A stretch of 64,000 bases of DNA from the human T2T-CHM13v2.0 reference genome, Homo sapiens (GCF_009914755.1 NC_060934.1), one strand, 5' to 3'; positions 34,806 to 49,500 are shown, counted from the stretch's first letter. Program-made: numbers and translations. Notes: generated by a model not told the origin, from the sequence alone.

Positions 34806-36670
34806 TAGTAAGTACTGAGCCAGAAACTTATACCCTAAGAATGTACTAATCTCAGATGGATACTTTCAACAAAGTTGAAAGCTGGTAATGTATAACCATA
34901 ATTATTTCTGTGAAAGGCAACTTCTCATTAAATGCCTGCCTCTGGGTTTAGTCAGCCTGCATGTCCTAGTGTTAGGAACAAATGTAAGGAAGGAGACAGT
35001 CATATCAGTTCCTGCACATACAGATAAGTGTCTTCCTTTGACGATCTAATTCTTCAATGTCTATTAGAACATGTTACATATCAGGTACAAGAGAACATCT
35101 AATTCTTGAAGAAAATAATTTATCATTTTTGAGTTTATCTTTCAGCAAGCTGCTCATTCTGTTTGAAAACCACCCCTCACATACTCTTTGAAAATCATAC
35201 CTATACTTCAAGGCCTGGATCAAATATTGTCTCTTCCACAAACTCTTTTCAGATGCCCAGGATCCATATCTTTATCTTCCCACACTCTCGCATTATAGCA
35301 AATTCTCCTTCTCTCTAAACTCATTTATGTATCTATCAGATGGTGAGCTGCTTGAGGGTAAAGACGATGATATATTCTTTTAAAAATATTTTCCCATCAA
35401 GTTAAATACCCCGAAAATAGCATTTCATCTATGTAAATAAATAAAAATAATAATTTATCTCTATCTGGAACTGAATCATTGTTAATATAAATTATTGTCT
35501 ATTGTGTCTGAAATTAACACATTTGGTGAATTCTATTTTTTAAAGTCCTGTGTACAACTTAATTTGTTCGTTGGAAGCTGTGTCCTTTCTTCCACTCCTT
35601 CCTAATAAAAATGATCCTAATTCTGTACCGTATGAATATAAAGGTAAGAATTATTGCTTTAGGTTATGGGGGGAAACACCTGAGAAAAGAAAGTCCTTAG
35701 GTTATTAAACTTAACTGCCCCGAGTGGATTTCAGTCTGACTGTGTATATTCATTGGAAACATCAAGATTAGACAAATCTGTAGCAAAGATACAAATAAAC
35801 AGAGAAAAACTTTGAATATGGGTGTGGAAATAATCTAGCTGAAATGTGTTATTTATTTTTAACTTGTATTGGCAAAGGAGACTTGGGCTTCTTTCTGAAT
35901 TTAGAAATAAATGGCAGTTCATAAAAGCTTGTGAAGAAGCATGAAGAAGGAAAAATGGTGTCTATGCCCCTTGGACACAGTAGTAAGTAGCAAAACTACA
36001 AAGTCACTAGCCAAATCACTGATAGATGGAACACTAGAAGTTCTTCAGGTTGGTAGGAGATAGCAAGAGTTGAATCAGATACTTTGAGTTTGAGTTGCCA
36101 CTGAGATACATAAGAAGACATAAACTACATATAGTTAGATGTGTAGTTAAGAGGGGGTCTACAGTAGAGATATTAATTAAGAAGTTACTAGTTTATTGAT
36201 GGTAATTAGATATGATTATGTGAGGAGAAAAAGTTCTTGGAGGTATATAAGATATTAATATTTATTAGGCAGAAACATGAGGTTACTCCTTCAATGAGAC
36301 TTACAAAAAGTGGCCAGAGATAAGAAAGGTTGCCCACAATACTGTGATGTCATGGAGACCAGGAGAAGAAAAGGTTTCAAGAGGATGATATCATATATCA
36401 ACTGCTGAGAGGTCAAGTAAGTTATCCCTGAAAATATCCAGTTCAGCCACAGAGACAACCATGCTAATCATTCCTAGAGTGTTCAAGTCAAATGATGATG
36501 GTTAAACTAGTCTGACATGAACAGAGGACTGTGTATGAGGTAAAGTAACCCCATGAGTCTTATGACTCAAGGCAGAGAGCTACAGGTCGCCTGGATAATA
36601 CTCACTCTCTCATTCTCCCATCTATCCATTTTAAAACATTTTACCTCTCAGTAATATCTCAAATCATGTA

Positions 36671-36739
36671 TTAGGTTGGTGCAAAAGTGATTGCGGTTTT
36701 TGCAATGGCAGAAACTGCAATTACTTTTGCACCAACCTA
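36671..36739. mobile_element. MADE1 mariner MITE (palindromic; miR-548 source family)
   Basis: TTAGGTTGGTGCAAAAGTGATTGCGGTTTTTGC...GCAGAAACTGCAATTACTTTTGCACCAACCTA flanked by TA; about 10 nt of the central spacer missing. Confidence 0.95.
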
Positions 36740-36749
36740 TATTTTTGCT

Positions 36750-37440
36750 GTCCTCTACCCTAGTTAAGATTTTGATCAGTTTTATTTATTTTATTCTTGT
36801 TTCCAGTTTTAGCTTTTGTTGTCAGCAAATGTTCTTTCTCTACAATATGTTCACATTGCAGCCAACAAATTTTTTCAGATGCAAATTTGGTTCCCCCATC
36901 ATCACCTTTCCATCCCCACATCATACCCCCATCCCTACTACGTCTTGCAGTCTGGCCCGAGAGTCATCATGTGTAGTTCTTGTTCTCTCTTTGCTTCAGC
37001 TATATCAATGTACTTTTATGTATCAATGCTTGCTTCTGCCAGAAAACATCTCTACATACTGTTCTCTGTTGGCTGGAATGCTCTCCTCCTCCCTTTTCAC
37101 AGCCACCTTCACACCACTTATACTTGCTTAACTGCTATCCATCAGATCTCTGCTCAAAAGTAATTCCTTGGAAAGTTTTTCACCAACACTGTCCTCCACC
37201 TCCACACAGAATACCTGAAACTTCTGCCCACCTAAGTCAGATTTTTCCTTCAGAGCATGATTCTCAGTTTATAATTATATGTTCACTGGGAAGATTATTT
37301 GATTAGCATACATTTCCCCAGATTTATAAAAGCAGGGACCACCCCTGTATTTGCTCATCATTCAGCCTACAGTGCCAGTACCTGACACACAGTAGACAGT
37401 CTATAAATAGTTCTTTGGGGGGTGAATGAATGCATGAATG
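36750..37440 (+). mobile_element. L2 3' region
   Basis: ggctggaatgctctcctcc...cctgacacacagtagacagtctataaatagtt...gaatgaatg terminal repeat. Confidence 0.65.
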
Positions 37441-39520
37441 CCTGAATCAGTATGCTTGAGAATGTATCATCTTCTTGATGAACATGAGATGACAAATAGA
37501 AGAAAAATGGGTTTTAAGGGAGGAGTCAGCAGCAGAAATTCAGGACAAGAAATAAAGAGGAATGAAATTTTTCCTTTGAAATTCATTTTCAATATTCTAC
37601 AAAGGCTTAGACAACTGGACTTTCAAGAAAAGTACTTGTTTTTCTTCTAGTCTGGCCATCATCCTTAACAAGGCTTGGGGGGCAGCTTCTTTCAAGTTTT
37701 ACCTTCACTTAAGATATCAAATATGGAACTATTGAATAGGTCCCAATTTAGCTTTTAATTTATTTATTTTTAATCAAGTAAAGTAACTCTTAAAGGGCCC
37801 AAGCTGGATGCCAAATGTTGGCAAGTGTGGCAGATGGAAAGAGGCACAGTAACTTCCATCGACAAATCCAAGAGCTTCATTGTCTATTTCAGAATGTAAT
37901 ATATGCTCTGCTTCTGATAATTGCAGAAAGAGCTGTGATCTCCCCATGTTGGCACCGAATGACCTCTGGCTAACAAGTCAGCCCTTCTCTTTCTCCTAGT
38001 GAAGCAGCGCTGCTCTGCTTCCCTTGGTAGTAATAAGAAATGATTATGAATTATGGGCTCTGTAGAATATTTAACTAATATAACTGTGCTGTAAAAGCAC
38101 ATAGCAAATTGCAGGGAAACAATTTCATCAACTAACAAATATTGATTATGCACCTATTATGTGGGCTGGGAACTGTCAGGGAAATGATAGAAGTCAAAAT
38201 CAATGAAAGTGAATCCCAACAAGCACAATCTATTTAAAGGGACACGTGAAAGGATCAAAAACTAAAACTCTGTCTCCAAATACTATAAGAAGATAGAGGT
38301 AGGTGAACTTCATAGAGATGACTGTAGTAAGAGTGTTACATGGAGACAAATTATTACTTAGGAAATTCATATTCTCTTGAACTTTGCATCTCAAGCTGCT
38401 TCCCAAATTTTATGAATCCTCAATCACACAATCCGGTCTCTGATATTAGTTTTGCTTTACCTCTCTGTCTTTGGTCATCCATCTATAAGATGAGGAACAG
38501 ATTGACTTCATTTCTAGACCTCTTTCCATTTCAATAATTTTGTTTTACTGCTTATGTAACTGATAACAAAATTAGACAGAAATTAGACAAAGGAGAAGAG
38601 CTATCAGGCAATGTTCCTATTAATTTAAACATGAATTTGTAGATGAAATATTAGCCAATTTAATTCAACTGTGTAATAAAAAGTAATAATAAAGCAAGAC
38701 AATGTTGTTTATTCCCAGAATGAACAAATGACTCATGATTGAGAGATCTAATACTGAAATTCCTTTTTGAACTGGATATCAATAGATTTTTAAAAAGCAT
38801 TGATGACAGGTTTATGCCTATTCTGATTAAAGCAAAGCAAAACTACACTAAAAAACAAACTCAAAACCTTAGCAATCTATGAATAGGAAGAATAATTCTT
38901 AATCTCAAACAAAATCCAGAAATTTCCAGCAAGTGTCATGCTCAAAATTCAAGATTAAGATAAGCATTCCCACTATAAGTGAGGTTAATCAATATTTTAC
39001 TCAAGGTTCTAGTAAATCTAAATGAATAAAAAAAGCAATAGATGCAAATATTGTTAACAAATAACTATATTTATTCCCAGGTCTCAAAATTGTCTACCTA
39101 GGGAAAACAAGATTATCTGAAAACTGTTATTACTATTGAGTATTCAGTAACACTTCTTCATGCAGAATGAATGTGAGATGAATAATATATTTTTCTATAT
39201 ATTATAAAAGTTTTCATGACAAAATTTGTTATAGCAACTAAATATTATAAATTTCATAGCAGTATATATCTATTGAAATAAGCACAATTATAGATATGTG
39301 TGCATATCTATACATGTATTAAATTTTACTTAATGATATAAAAAGAGAATGGAATGAATAGTGAGAAATATCAGATTCCTGGATGGAAAAACTCAGTATT
39401 GCAAAATATAATGTTATCTCTCATAAAATTTGTCTATTAAATGTATAGAGCTATACTGAACTTAGGTAAATTTTAATGTGCATCTGGAAGAATATATGAA
39501 AGGCTGGCAAATAAGTTTTA

Positions 39521-39836
<316 letters not shown>

Positions 39837-40658
39837 GAATGAAGAAAAGTATTATGTGCCAGTAATTAAAAACACAAAAATTTAGTGTTTTTCAGGGTAA
39901 TGGTAAAAAATATTGGTGATGGCCCAATTTCCTGCTCTCTACTTTCAGGAGAAAAGTGCAATTATGTAAAAAGGCTAGAATATATTACTACATAAAAAAT
40001 TTTAAATGTCAAAATATTGAAAATAAAGTTAAAATACAAAAGATAGGCAAAAATTTGTTTTTATATTTGATAATAAAAATTATTATCCATAGGTATAAAT
40101 AGCTCCTAAGTATCAATAAGGAAAAAAGGCCATTAAAAATGGACAAAATATTTAAATAGAGACTTTACATATGAAATATGACTAATAAATACATGAAAAG
40201 ATTCTCAGTCTAGCTCTTACTAAGCAGGATATTCAACTAAGCAAGAAAATCACGGTTTTTACTCATCAGATCAGAAATATGTAAAAAGTTTTTGATATTA
40301 TCCAATACTGCTGAGAATATGGGGATACAACTGGAAGGTAAATGGCCAACTTTTCAGAGAGCAATTTAGTTTCACCTACGAAAATTTAAAATGTTCAGAA
40401 CTGTAGCAATTCAATTTAATGTAATCTGTCATTCAGAAATACTTGCATATGTGAACAGACTCACAGCCACGTGAAAACTTTATTTGTAAAAGCGAAAATG
40501 AATCTAAATATTTAACAGTGGAGAATAAATTATGTAATATTATGATTCTGTAAAAAAAATAAAATGTTATGCTGCTGTAAAATATCTCAAGTATATAATT
40601 TTAAGTGAGATACTGCAGAATGGAAAACATGATTCTATTTAAAATTATTTACTTACAT

Positions 40659-40954
<296 letters not shown>

Positions 40955-41831
40955 TTACTTAAAATTATGTATAAATGCAAAGTATAATGTCCACAGTGAT
41001 AATTCCTACTGTTAATTTGAGTTATATATGGGAGAGAAGGTAGGATTACTATTGCTATGAAGAGAAGTATCCCCTTTTGACTATGTTTCTATATCGACTG
41101 AAGTTTTTCCAAGTATATTTTTCACTATATTAACAGTGAAATTAGTTTTCTAATTTACAAAAAAACGCGATTGATGAAATAGTCCTATATGTATTGGTGT
41201 ATATGGAACACACCAATGACAAGTAAAACAGCATGTGTAATAATCTCATTTATGAAAGATGGTAAGGTTTTGTGTATGCATATGGAAATGTGATATCCAA
41301 AATGATCCTCCCCAAAATGGCAATTGTGATGATCTCTGAGGAGTGAAAATCAAGGTAATTTCAACTTTCCTTTTCTATATTCTTAATAATTTATAATTTG
41401 GCTTATTATAATAAAAATGAATCATTTTGAAGAGAATAAAACCTATCTATACCTGTATGTGAATTTTTAATACCAATCAAGAAAATTGTATTAATCATGA
41501 CACTTATTGCGAAGCCTGAAGATACAGAACCATTTATAAATAAGGTTTCCAGAAATTACACATATATAATGATTACATAGAAAAAAATGCTGCTAAGCAG
41601 AAAATAGTTTTCATGGTCTCATATGCTGTTATATTTAAAATGATGATTCACAAAAATGATTGAGAATTCACAGTAGGGAAACAAGGCACTGGTTTTACCT
41701 TGTCTTAATGTCAAATAATGGCACAAAAACAAGTCAATTAAAGCTTCTTATCAATGACAAAATCATACCAGCCAATATTGATCTTAATAATGAATTTAAA
41801 TTCAACATGTTTGGAAAGGTACTCTGTGCAT

Positions 41832-41832
<1 letters not shown>

Positions 41833-41868
<36 letters not shown>
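41833..41868. repeat. (GT)18 microsatellite
   Basis: Read directly. Confidence 0.97.
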
Positions 41869-41869
<1 letters not shown>

Positions 41870-43248
41870 TGCAGCAGATATAAGGTAATGATTCTTATGA
41901 TTGAATAATTATAACATGGTCCTACATTTCTTCCTTTTTCCTATCTTACTCACACCTCCAATTCTATTCAAATTTGTGTCTGAAATTCTTGTCCCTCTCA
42001 AATAAGTCATTAAAGATGAAAATATTCATTTGTCTAAGTGGACATATGTCAACATTGTTCTGAAAAAGAGGTATCAGTATGCTGCGTCAGAATGTGCCAT
42101 CACAAAAGAAGCAATTGAGATGAAAACACACATACACACAAACTCAAACATATTTGGCTGTTACAGTATTATTGCTTCCAATAAATTATGAGAAATATAT
42201 GTTACATAGCTCAAATTGAAGTCTGCAATGTAGACTGCTCTAAGAGTCCCATTTTGCCAAATATATTTCCCTTTTAGTTTGGAACAATATATAACTGTAA
42301 ATGGACACACACACCTCATATTGCTGTGTGATGTAAATTATAATGGTAAAACCAGCTGGATAGTTTATTCAAGGTCCCTCTCTAAATTAAGCTATTATTC
42401 ACCTCAGAATCACCACTCAAAGGATAAAAGTATGTGTCACCTGCCTAGTAAATTTAATATAATAAACAGTACCAAATAAAATATATTGAAGTACCAAAGA
42501 GATGAAACAAATCTAAACTATAAATTAAAGACAGGATTAAGTGTTGTTTCCTAAACTAGTGTTATTCTTTGTTGTCACTGAGGTCAAGAATAAATATGAA
42601 GCATGCAGGTCTAATAAGTGTTTATTAATAGGATCATTGTGGAAAGGGTAGATGTCAAAACAATGCTATAATTAGCTTTCATTATCATTGAAATTGCTGT
42701 CAAATTTCAAAGCAATTTTATGACCAGTGACCTGATTTCTCACATGGCAGAAAGAGAAGGGATTTTCTTAAAGAGAGATACAATATATTAAAGCCAATAT
42801 AAAGTTTTCAGTGAGTCTATTTCTGAATCAACATGTTTTGTACATATTGCACTGTTCAAATGCTATCATGGGAACAGAAGGTGTTGCATAGGACAAAGTT
42901 AATTGAATTGCAATTGTGTAAACTTCCTGGATGTGGATGAGACCATCAATATCACCTGATTCCCTAACTAATCACGAAATACACACCCAGATTCATTCCT
43001 TACTTTCACAAAAGAACGGGTCTCTTAGTAGAATGACAGTAGGCAATCAATCATCTGGCAACTTCTATCTTGGAAGACATCATAACAATAATCTGTGAAA
43101 CTATTTTTTTCCTGTAGGCATCTATTTATTATGACTTTGAAGGAAATAGGCAAAGAAGCTTTGAAATTTACCATAATTATAATCCCAGAGAAAGCCCCTT
43201 GTCTCTGAGTATAAATTGCCGATAATGAGTGAAACAAATTGGAAGAAC

Positions 43249-43250
<2 letters not shown>

Positions 43251-43282
<32 letters not shown>
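43251..43282. repeat. (TG)16 microsatellite
   Basis: Read directly. Confidence 0.97.
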
Positions 43283-43283
<1 letters not shown>

Positions 43284-45591
43284 AGTGGAAGAGAGGCAAG
43301 CACATTTGTGTATGTATATATGAAGTCCGAGCAAAATTTACAAATATGTGCATGTACTATTATTAAATACTATGATTTCATATCCCCTCATTCTTGGGTC
43401 CCTGAATCTCAGGAGGGCTCCTTGAATGTGTTCTGCATTTAATTATATGATAAAAATGAAGTATAGCTAATTATGTAATATAGAATTAAAAGAAAATAAA
43501 ATATTTAGGCCCTTTAACGTTAGCAGGGGCATAAGCTATTACAGGTTTAATCTTAACTACCCCTGTACCTCTACAGCACACTGAAATACTGGACACATAC
43601 TGTGAGTAGTGGCCATTACTAGAGGATAGGATAAGACACTTGCAGTGTAATCTTAGTAATTTTTTTAAATATATATTATTTATGGTTCCTAGTAGTTCTA
43701 GAAGGGAGGAGGGAGGAGTAAGAAGGGATCTTGTATACTAACCTTCCATAATTAGAGCAAACCAACATATTAATTCTATTTGCACAAGGTTAAATTGTGA
43801 AATCCTTGAAGACAGAAACCATCTTACTCCTCTTTTTGGTTCTAAGATATTGCAAGCAGTGGGTTCTTAAAGCTTCTGTTGAATACATTTAACCCAACAT
43901 TGCAAATAAAATATTTTTCACGTTGTCTTCTCTATACTTATTTATGATTGATCTCTTTACAGAGGCCTAAAGACAACAACAAAATCCACAAATATTTATT
44001 ATCTATCAGGCATGTTCCAGGCACTGAAAGAAAAAGAAGAGAAGATGGGGAAAAAGTAGTTGCCATGCTTCAATAAATGAGAGATTTAGATGTAAATACA
44101 CAAAACATTTAGAGCTATTAATAATGAAAACATTTAAATGACAGTGTATACTATGCTAAACGAGTAAAACACTAAATGCTGATGGGCTTCATAATAAGGA
44201 GATAACGCAGTGAAGCTTTAAAAAATGTTAGCTGGATAGTTTTAAAAAGTCTTAAAGAAAGACAATTTCTATATATCAATTGAATTGTTTAATAAAACTC
44301 TAAAAATAAGACTGTCATATAAAAATGTGTTGATAGAAAACATAGAAGTTTTAATATTAATAAATCCCAGTAACAGAAGATTTTTGGATAAATCAGAAAT
44401 GTTTCGTTTAAATACAAATTCTCTTTAAGAAATAGTGAATGGTCTAATGAAAACTGTTATTGCAAATACTGAAAGTTACATTGCATGTTATTTTATTTCT
44501 ATCCTTATTACAATACTTCCTATGTATTTAGTTGTTTTCAATTCTTATGTCAAGTAACATGAAACTTAAATCAAAATTCAAGAAAGCAATGCTGCATTCA
44601 AGGTAGCTCCATGCACATCAGCCACATGGCACTACATGGTTGCACCAGCCAGGCCTGGATTCTCACCAGCATTGCTCAAAGGCTCTGAGTCTGAGTCACA
44701 GGAGTTGGAGGGCATTTGCCATCAACTAGTCCAGTTTTTGACCCTGTTTCAGAAGGCTGGCTTGCTTGCACTGCACCTGGAGCCTTTCAAACCGTTGTCA
44801 GGCTCAGCCTCTGAAGAAAGAAATCCCACAGCATTCTGGCTTTGCTCAGTGTATGCCGTTTTGTTCCAGAAGTCAGGAGACAGGTTGCTTCCTTCCCCAG
44901 CTCTTGAGGGCAGAGGCTGAGCTTTCTCACCTGTGAGATGGTAACCTTAATGAGCACCTCCCCCTTGGGACACAGAGTACAAAGCGTCCTGGATGCTCAG
45001 TAGCCAGAAACAGAGAATGCCAATAAAAGCCCAGTTCATTTTTCATCACAGAAGTTAGAGTCCTACCCTCACCTTCAGCCTCTGACTACTATGGATCCCT
45101 CCTGCCCCTGGCTGCCAGTCTTTGGAAAGCACACCCACACCTTGTTGGTTAATTAACACTAATGGGCAGCTGCCATCCCTGCATAAAACCACAACCATGG
45201 CTGGATTACTTGAGGGCTGATTATGCTGTTTGTCCAGGCACAATGTTTCTCTTCCCTAACAGCCTACCCTTTGGACCCTGATGGCTCATTATCACCTTCC
45301 ACCACTGGAAGAACAAGACAAGACTGTCAGCTGCGCCACTTCTCACATTTCCAAGAAAAAGCTTAAATCTAAGCAATGCCATTCTAGGCGTTCTCTGCAA
45401 GGGTTTTTAGCTTAGCAAAATCCCTCTTGCAATCTTTGTTCATGATTTTGTCTCAAATTCTGAATTATCTTATTAAGAACTGGAAACTGTTCCTGCAAGT
45501 GACTTGTTTTTAAATTTGCTTTTCAGACATCTCTAAGGGTTGCTGGCAACTCAAGTGCAATTCGTGATTTCCTCTTTCCCAGCACATTCTA

Positions 45592-45789
45592 TTTAGCCTA
45601 TTAATTTCAAATGAATGTATTTTCCCTGCATCCTCTAGAAGCGGACTTTAATTGAATATAATATCCTCCCGCCGCCGCCCACCCCTCCGCCGCCCCAACT
45701 CTAGAAGTGGACTTCTGGGCGGGGGCAGGCAATTATATTCAATTGATATTAATAGGCTTAATCTATTCACTTGAAATTAATAGGCTAAA
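45592..45789. repeat. Nested inverted/direct repeat structure with GC-box core
   Basis: 25-bp IR (45592-45616 / 45765-45789, 24/25), 13-bp perfect IR (45650-45662 / 45732-45744), 16-bp direct repeat (45633-45648 / 45699-45714, 15/16). Confidence 0.9.
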
Positions 45790-47366
45790 ATCTGTTGCTC
45801 TTTCTTTTCCCATAAATAGACTAATGCCAGTCCCTGCTGTCTTCCTCCATTCATCTTCCACATCCTCTTTTTTCAAGGCCCACACCATCATCTTCCCTTC
45901 TCTGAAACTGAATTCAGTCTCTACATAATCAATGTACTGCTGTGATCACAGCTGGTACTTTCTGGTATCTCCAGGAATCACAGTTGACCTACCTTTGTTG
46001 ATTTCTGGGCTCTGAACTATCATTCTTTTCTCTTTTCTCCCCGCCCATTCGTTATTCTTGTCACATAGTTTCTTTCCCTTCCCACTAGTTATCCCATCTT
46101 GTAGAATACAAAATCCCTCATACTTTTCCTCTCATTCTGCCTTTTTCACATCACTGTCTCTGTGGTAAATAAAACATAACAAACAATATGTTTTTTTTAA
46201 TCTTTGCACTTTAAACATATATTTATGTGCAGAGAAATAAAAATATATTTCTCTGTTGGTGAATAATTCATTTCCTGTTGCTTTGGAAATAGAGTCTGTG
46301 AGCCAGGGGCTAGTTTTATATCTACGTTTAGTAAATTGAATAGAATATTTTGCTATAATGCAGTAAGTGTACCTGAAATCACTGTTTTGGGAGCCACAAA
46401 TTCATGAGGGAAAAGCCTCAAATGCTATGGTACATTAGTTGAACCATAAAAAAGAAATCAATTATAATTGCTTCTCCAGTTAAATATTATGAGTTACAGT
46501 GAGTATTTAAGATAGTTTTGAAAAAAACATTTTATTATTTCAAGATCTGCATCCTAGTTACAGTGGCCATTTTTATTAGTGGGTCCAATAAAGTATTCGT
46601 ATTTATCCTTGCTCTGTTAGCAGGTGCTGATGAAGTAGAGGTTGTGCTATGAATATAGGAAGCAGTATGATTTGAAAAAAGGAGAAATGGCAGTATAGGT
46701 ATTGGAATCCAGACAGAATGAACTTTATTTACTGTTATCTTATATTTTACTCATCTTCCATGAAGATGACTAACCCAAAGGGATTCATATTTGTGGTCCC
46801 CTCAAATATGTCCAGTTAGTGGAAACACATCACATATTTTAGAGTATGACTCAAAAATATAACTTTAAATCCTTCTAACTCTCCACTCTTTCATATTCTC
46901 CAGTAAAAAGATAAAACTTGAAGTATTTATTTAGAAGTCACTATGCAACACTGTGCTTTGGGAGTTCATAACTACCTTAAAAAGACATAATCTGTAACAA
47001 GAATCATTCTAATACTGTGTGTCCTTTTATGTTTAAATAAGTATGCATGTAAAGCTAAAATAACATGAATAAATTTACCAAGTCAAAGATTTTACTTCAT
47101 ATATGTCACTTTTAATTCATTACTGTAGTCATTTTAAATCCCTAGGTAAGTTTAAAAAAAAGACTTGTTTCTCTTCTACAATTATACTACGGATGAACTG
47201 TGCACCTCTCTCTCTCTCTCTGTCTGTATATCTACATACATGCAGATATATTTTACTTTAAGTGTTCAGAAATCTTATTATTTCAAAAGGAATATGTGCT
47301 TAATTAAAAGTTTTGGAAAACACTGTTAAATACAAAAGAGTAAATACACAAAATACACATTTTCAG

Positions 47367-48279
47367 TGTGGCAGATAAACTCACCCAATGCCTACTCTCA
47401 ACTCCTCTTTCCTGTGTCTTTTCTCCCCTCTATTGCATATCACAGAGCTCTGGCCATATCTCCTCTTCATATTGGATACATCCATCTTTCAGCTGCTGGG
47501 GATAACTGCTATCAACCACTCATGGCATAGTCGTTCACTAGGAACTGTCCTAGGTTGTAGGAAACTACCTTCCCCAAGGCAATGTCTCTTCCCAGGGGAA
47601 GCTCACAATTAATGATGGAGTGAGTTGGGATTACAAAGGCATAGGTCCCTTGCCTCTACATGTGACAATTCTGAAAGGTCACCTGAGCTCCAGAGTCCCT
47701 AAGAGTTCAGGTAAGGTTTCAGTTGCAACCACATTCATTGTAAGTCAGCTGCTGCTTCTACCCAATTCTACCTTTCTCCCTTCATTACAGGCTTATCTCT
47801 GAAGATTACTCCCCAGTAAATCTTCAGGATAGAACTATCCGTATCAAAGTATACTTACGGGGAGCCAACTTAAGAAAATCATAATACCCAGCAAACAGAA
47901 TACCCATTTTTTCGGTCTCCTTTATTGCTAGGCTGAACCATGTGCCAATGAGATTAGGCACAGTTCCCCAGGGAAGAATTTTTCCCCCCACCATTAGTAG
48001 TCAAGATTCACTAGAATATATTCCTTTGACTTTTTCCCCTTTGTTCTCCTCCCATCTGGGATGCAGACAAAATACCAAGAGGGCAGACATAATCTTAAAA
48101 CTATAAAGATAAAAGCGAACAAACATACCAAGCATCCAAAAGATCCTTGGAAACATCATTGAGCAAATGAACGCATGCTAGCAATCACCAACCCCTCAAC
48201 TTTTTGACATGGGAGAAAAAAACAAAAATCATTTTTAAATTGATTGTTATTTGCAGCCAAATGCAATCCCAAGTGATAC
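47367..48279 (+). mobile_element. MLT1(I/J)-type LTR with a nested LTR16-type LTR (~47435-47878)
   Basis: MLT1 start tgtggcaga and end ttatttgcagccaaatgcaatcccaagtgataca; inner cccttgcctc...gacaattctg...gctccagag...ccaacttaaga typical of LTR16. Confidence 0.6.
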
Positions 48280-48568
48280 AATTAAGGAACCACTCTATCT
48301 AGAAGTATATGTATATATGTAGTAGAGTGTTGTTTATAACAGCAAAAAAATGAAACTGTCATATAAGTGTTAAGTTATGGCCTATCCTTAGGAAGGAAAA
48401 TTATAGTCATTGCAATAATTCCTTTGAAAAATGAAGTTGTTGAGAAATGCTTTTTATGCCATATTAAATTTAAAGATATAAATTCCAACACACATAGATA
48501 TAACTACATATAGCCAGTGAAGCCACCAATCTTGTGACACTTCTTTGTAGAAAAAGAAATTTCCATGT

Positions 48569-48783
48569 TGTAGCATATTGCATTTTCTAAAAATGGCCAG
48601 ACTAATATTATGTCTCAACCCACATAATCTCCCTAAAATGGGTCTACACTCTTTCCATTGAATCTGGGTAAGGGCTTGTGACTGCTCCTAACCCACAGAA
48701 ACTATAAGAGATAATAAATGATTGTTGTCTTAAGTCACCACATTTTGGGATGATTTATTATGCACCATTAGATGACAGGAACA
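48569..48783 (+). mobile_element. MLT1(G/H)-type LTR, internally deleted
   Basis: ccattgaatctgggtaagggcttgtgactgct...cccacagaaactataagagataataaatgattgttgtcttaagtcac...ttatgcaccattagatgacaggaaca. Confidence 0.7.
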
Positions 48784-49497
48784 GCTGTGTGTTATCTTTG
48801 TTATTTGATCTTTTGAAATATAGTTTAACTTGGAAACTGAAGACAAGTTTATTCCTTTATTTAAAACATATTTAATATGTGCTTACTGCTCTTTTTCATT
48901 GTGATAAAAAACTTTCATTGAGAGAGAAACATCTCTTAATATTAGTTTGTCAGGTGTTAGAATCCAGGACCCCTGCCCTGGAATTGTTCATGAGTCCAAG
49001 CAGTTGTAACTGCATCTAGCAAATAATGGTCTGCTTTGCTGTCTCCTTGTTAAAAGTACTTCAAAATGTATGCAAAATATTTCTTATAGCCAGCAGGCTT
49101 CTCATTCCTTGCTAGGGACTCTGTAAATGAAAAACAAAACAAAAAACCCAAAGCTACAGCAGAACACATTTGAAATTATGAATACAACCATAAAAATGGC
49201 AATTCTAAGGTAAGGTTTGAGAATACAGAACTTATCTGAGCCTGTTGCCTTCTTCTGTGTAAAAGAACCATTATAGATAAACAGGCAGCAGATAGTCACA
49301 ATTCAATGCCATGATATGTGGATAAAACGAAACAAAGGTCGAGAAATTAGCTTACTTCCAGATGTTCTTTGGGTCAGGCTCATCTATCCCTAACTTCTCA
49401 TATGAAAGTTAAACTGCCACAGCCTGAAATAATAGATAATTGAAATTCTCATTTTCTTCAGAAAATTCTGCAATTAAAATGTTGATATTTCTTTAAA

Positions 49498-49500
<3 letters not shown>

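Noticed and set aside
36551-36572. Short palindromes (TGAGTC-TTAT-GACTCA; also CAGGTA-TT-TACCTG at 33541 and TAAACACA/TGTGTTTA at 30780)
   Set aside because: Arms of 6-8 bp occur by chance many times in 64 kb.
36691-37306. 146-aa and neighbouring ORFs
   Set aside because: Span MADE1 and L2 relic sequence; low-complexity, no homology recognised.
37401-37410. MEF2 consensus sites (also 28462 and 44300)
   Set aside because: Expected by chance in AT-rich DNA; this one lies in an L2 tail.
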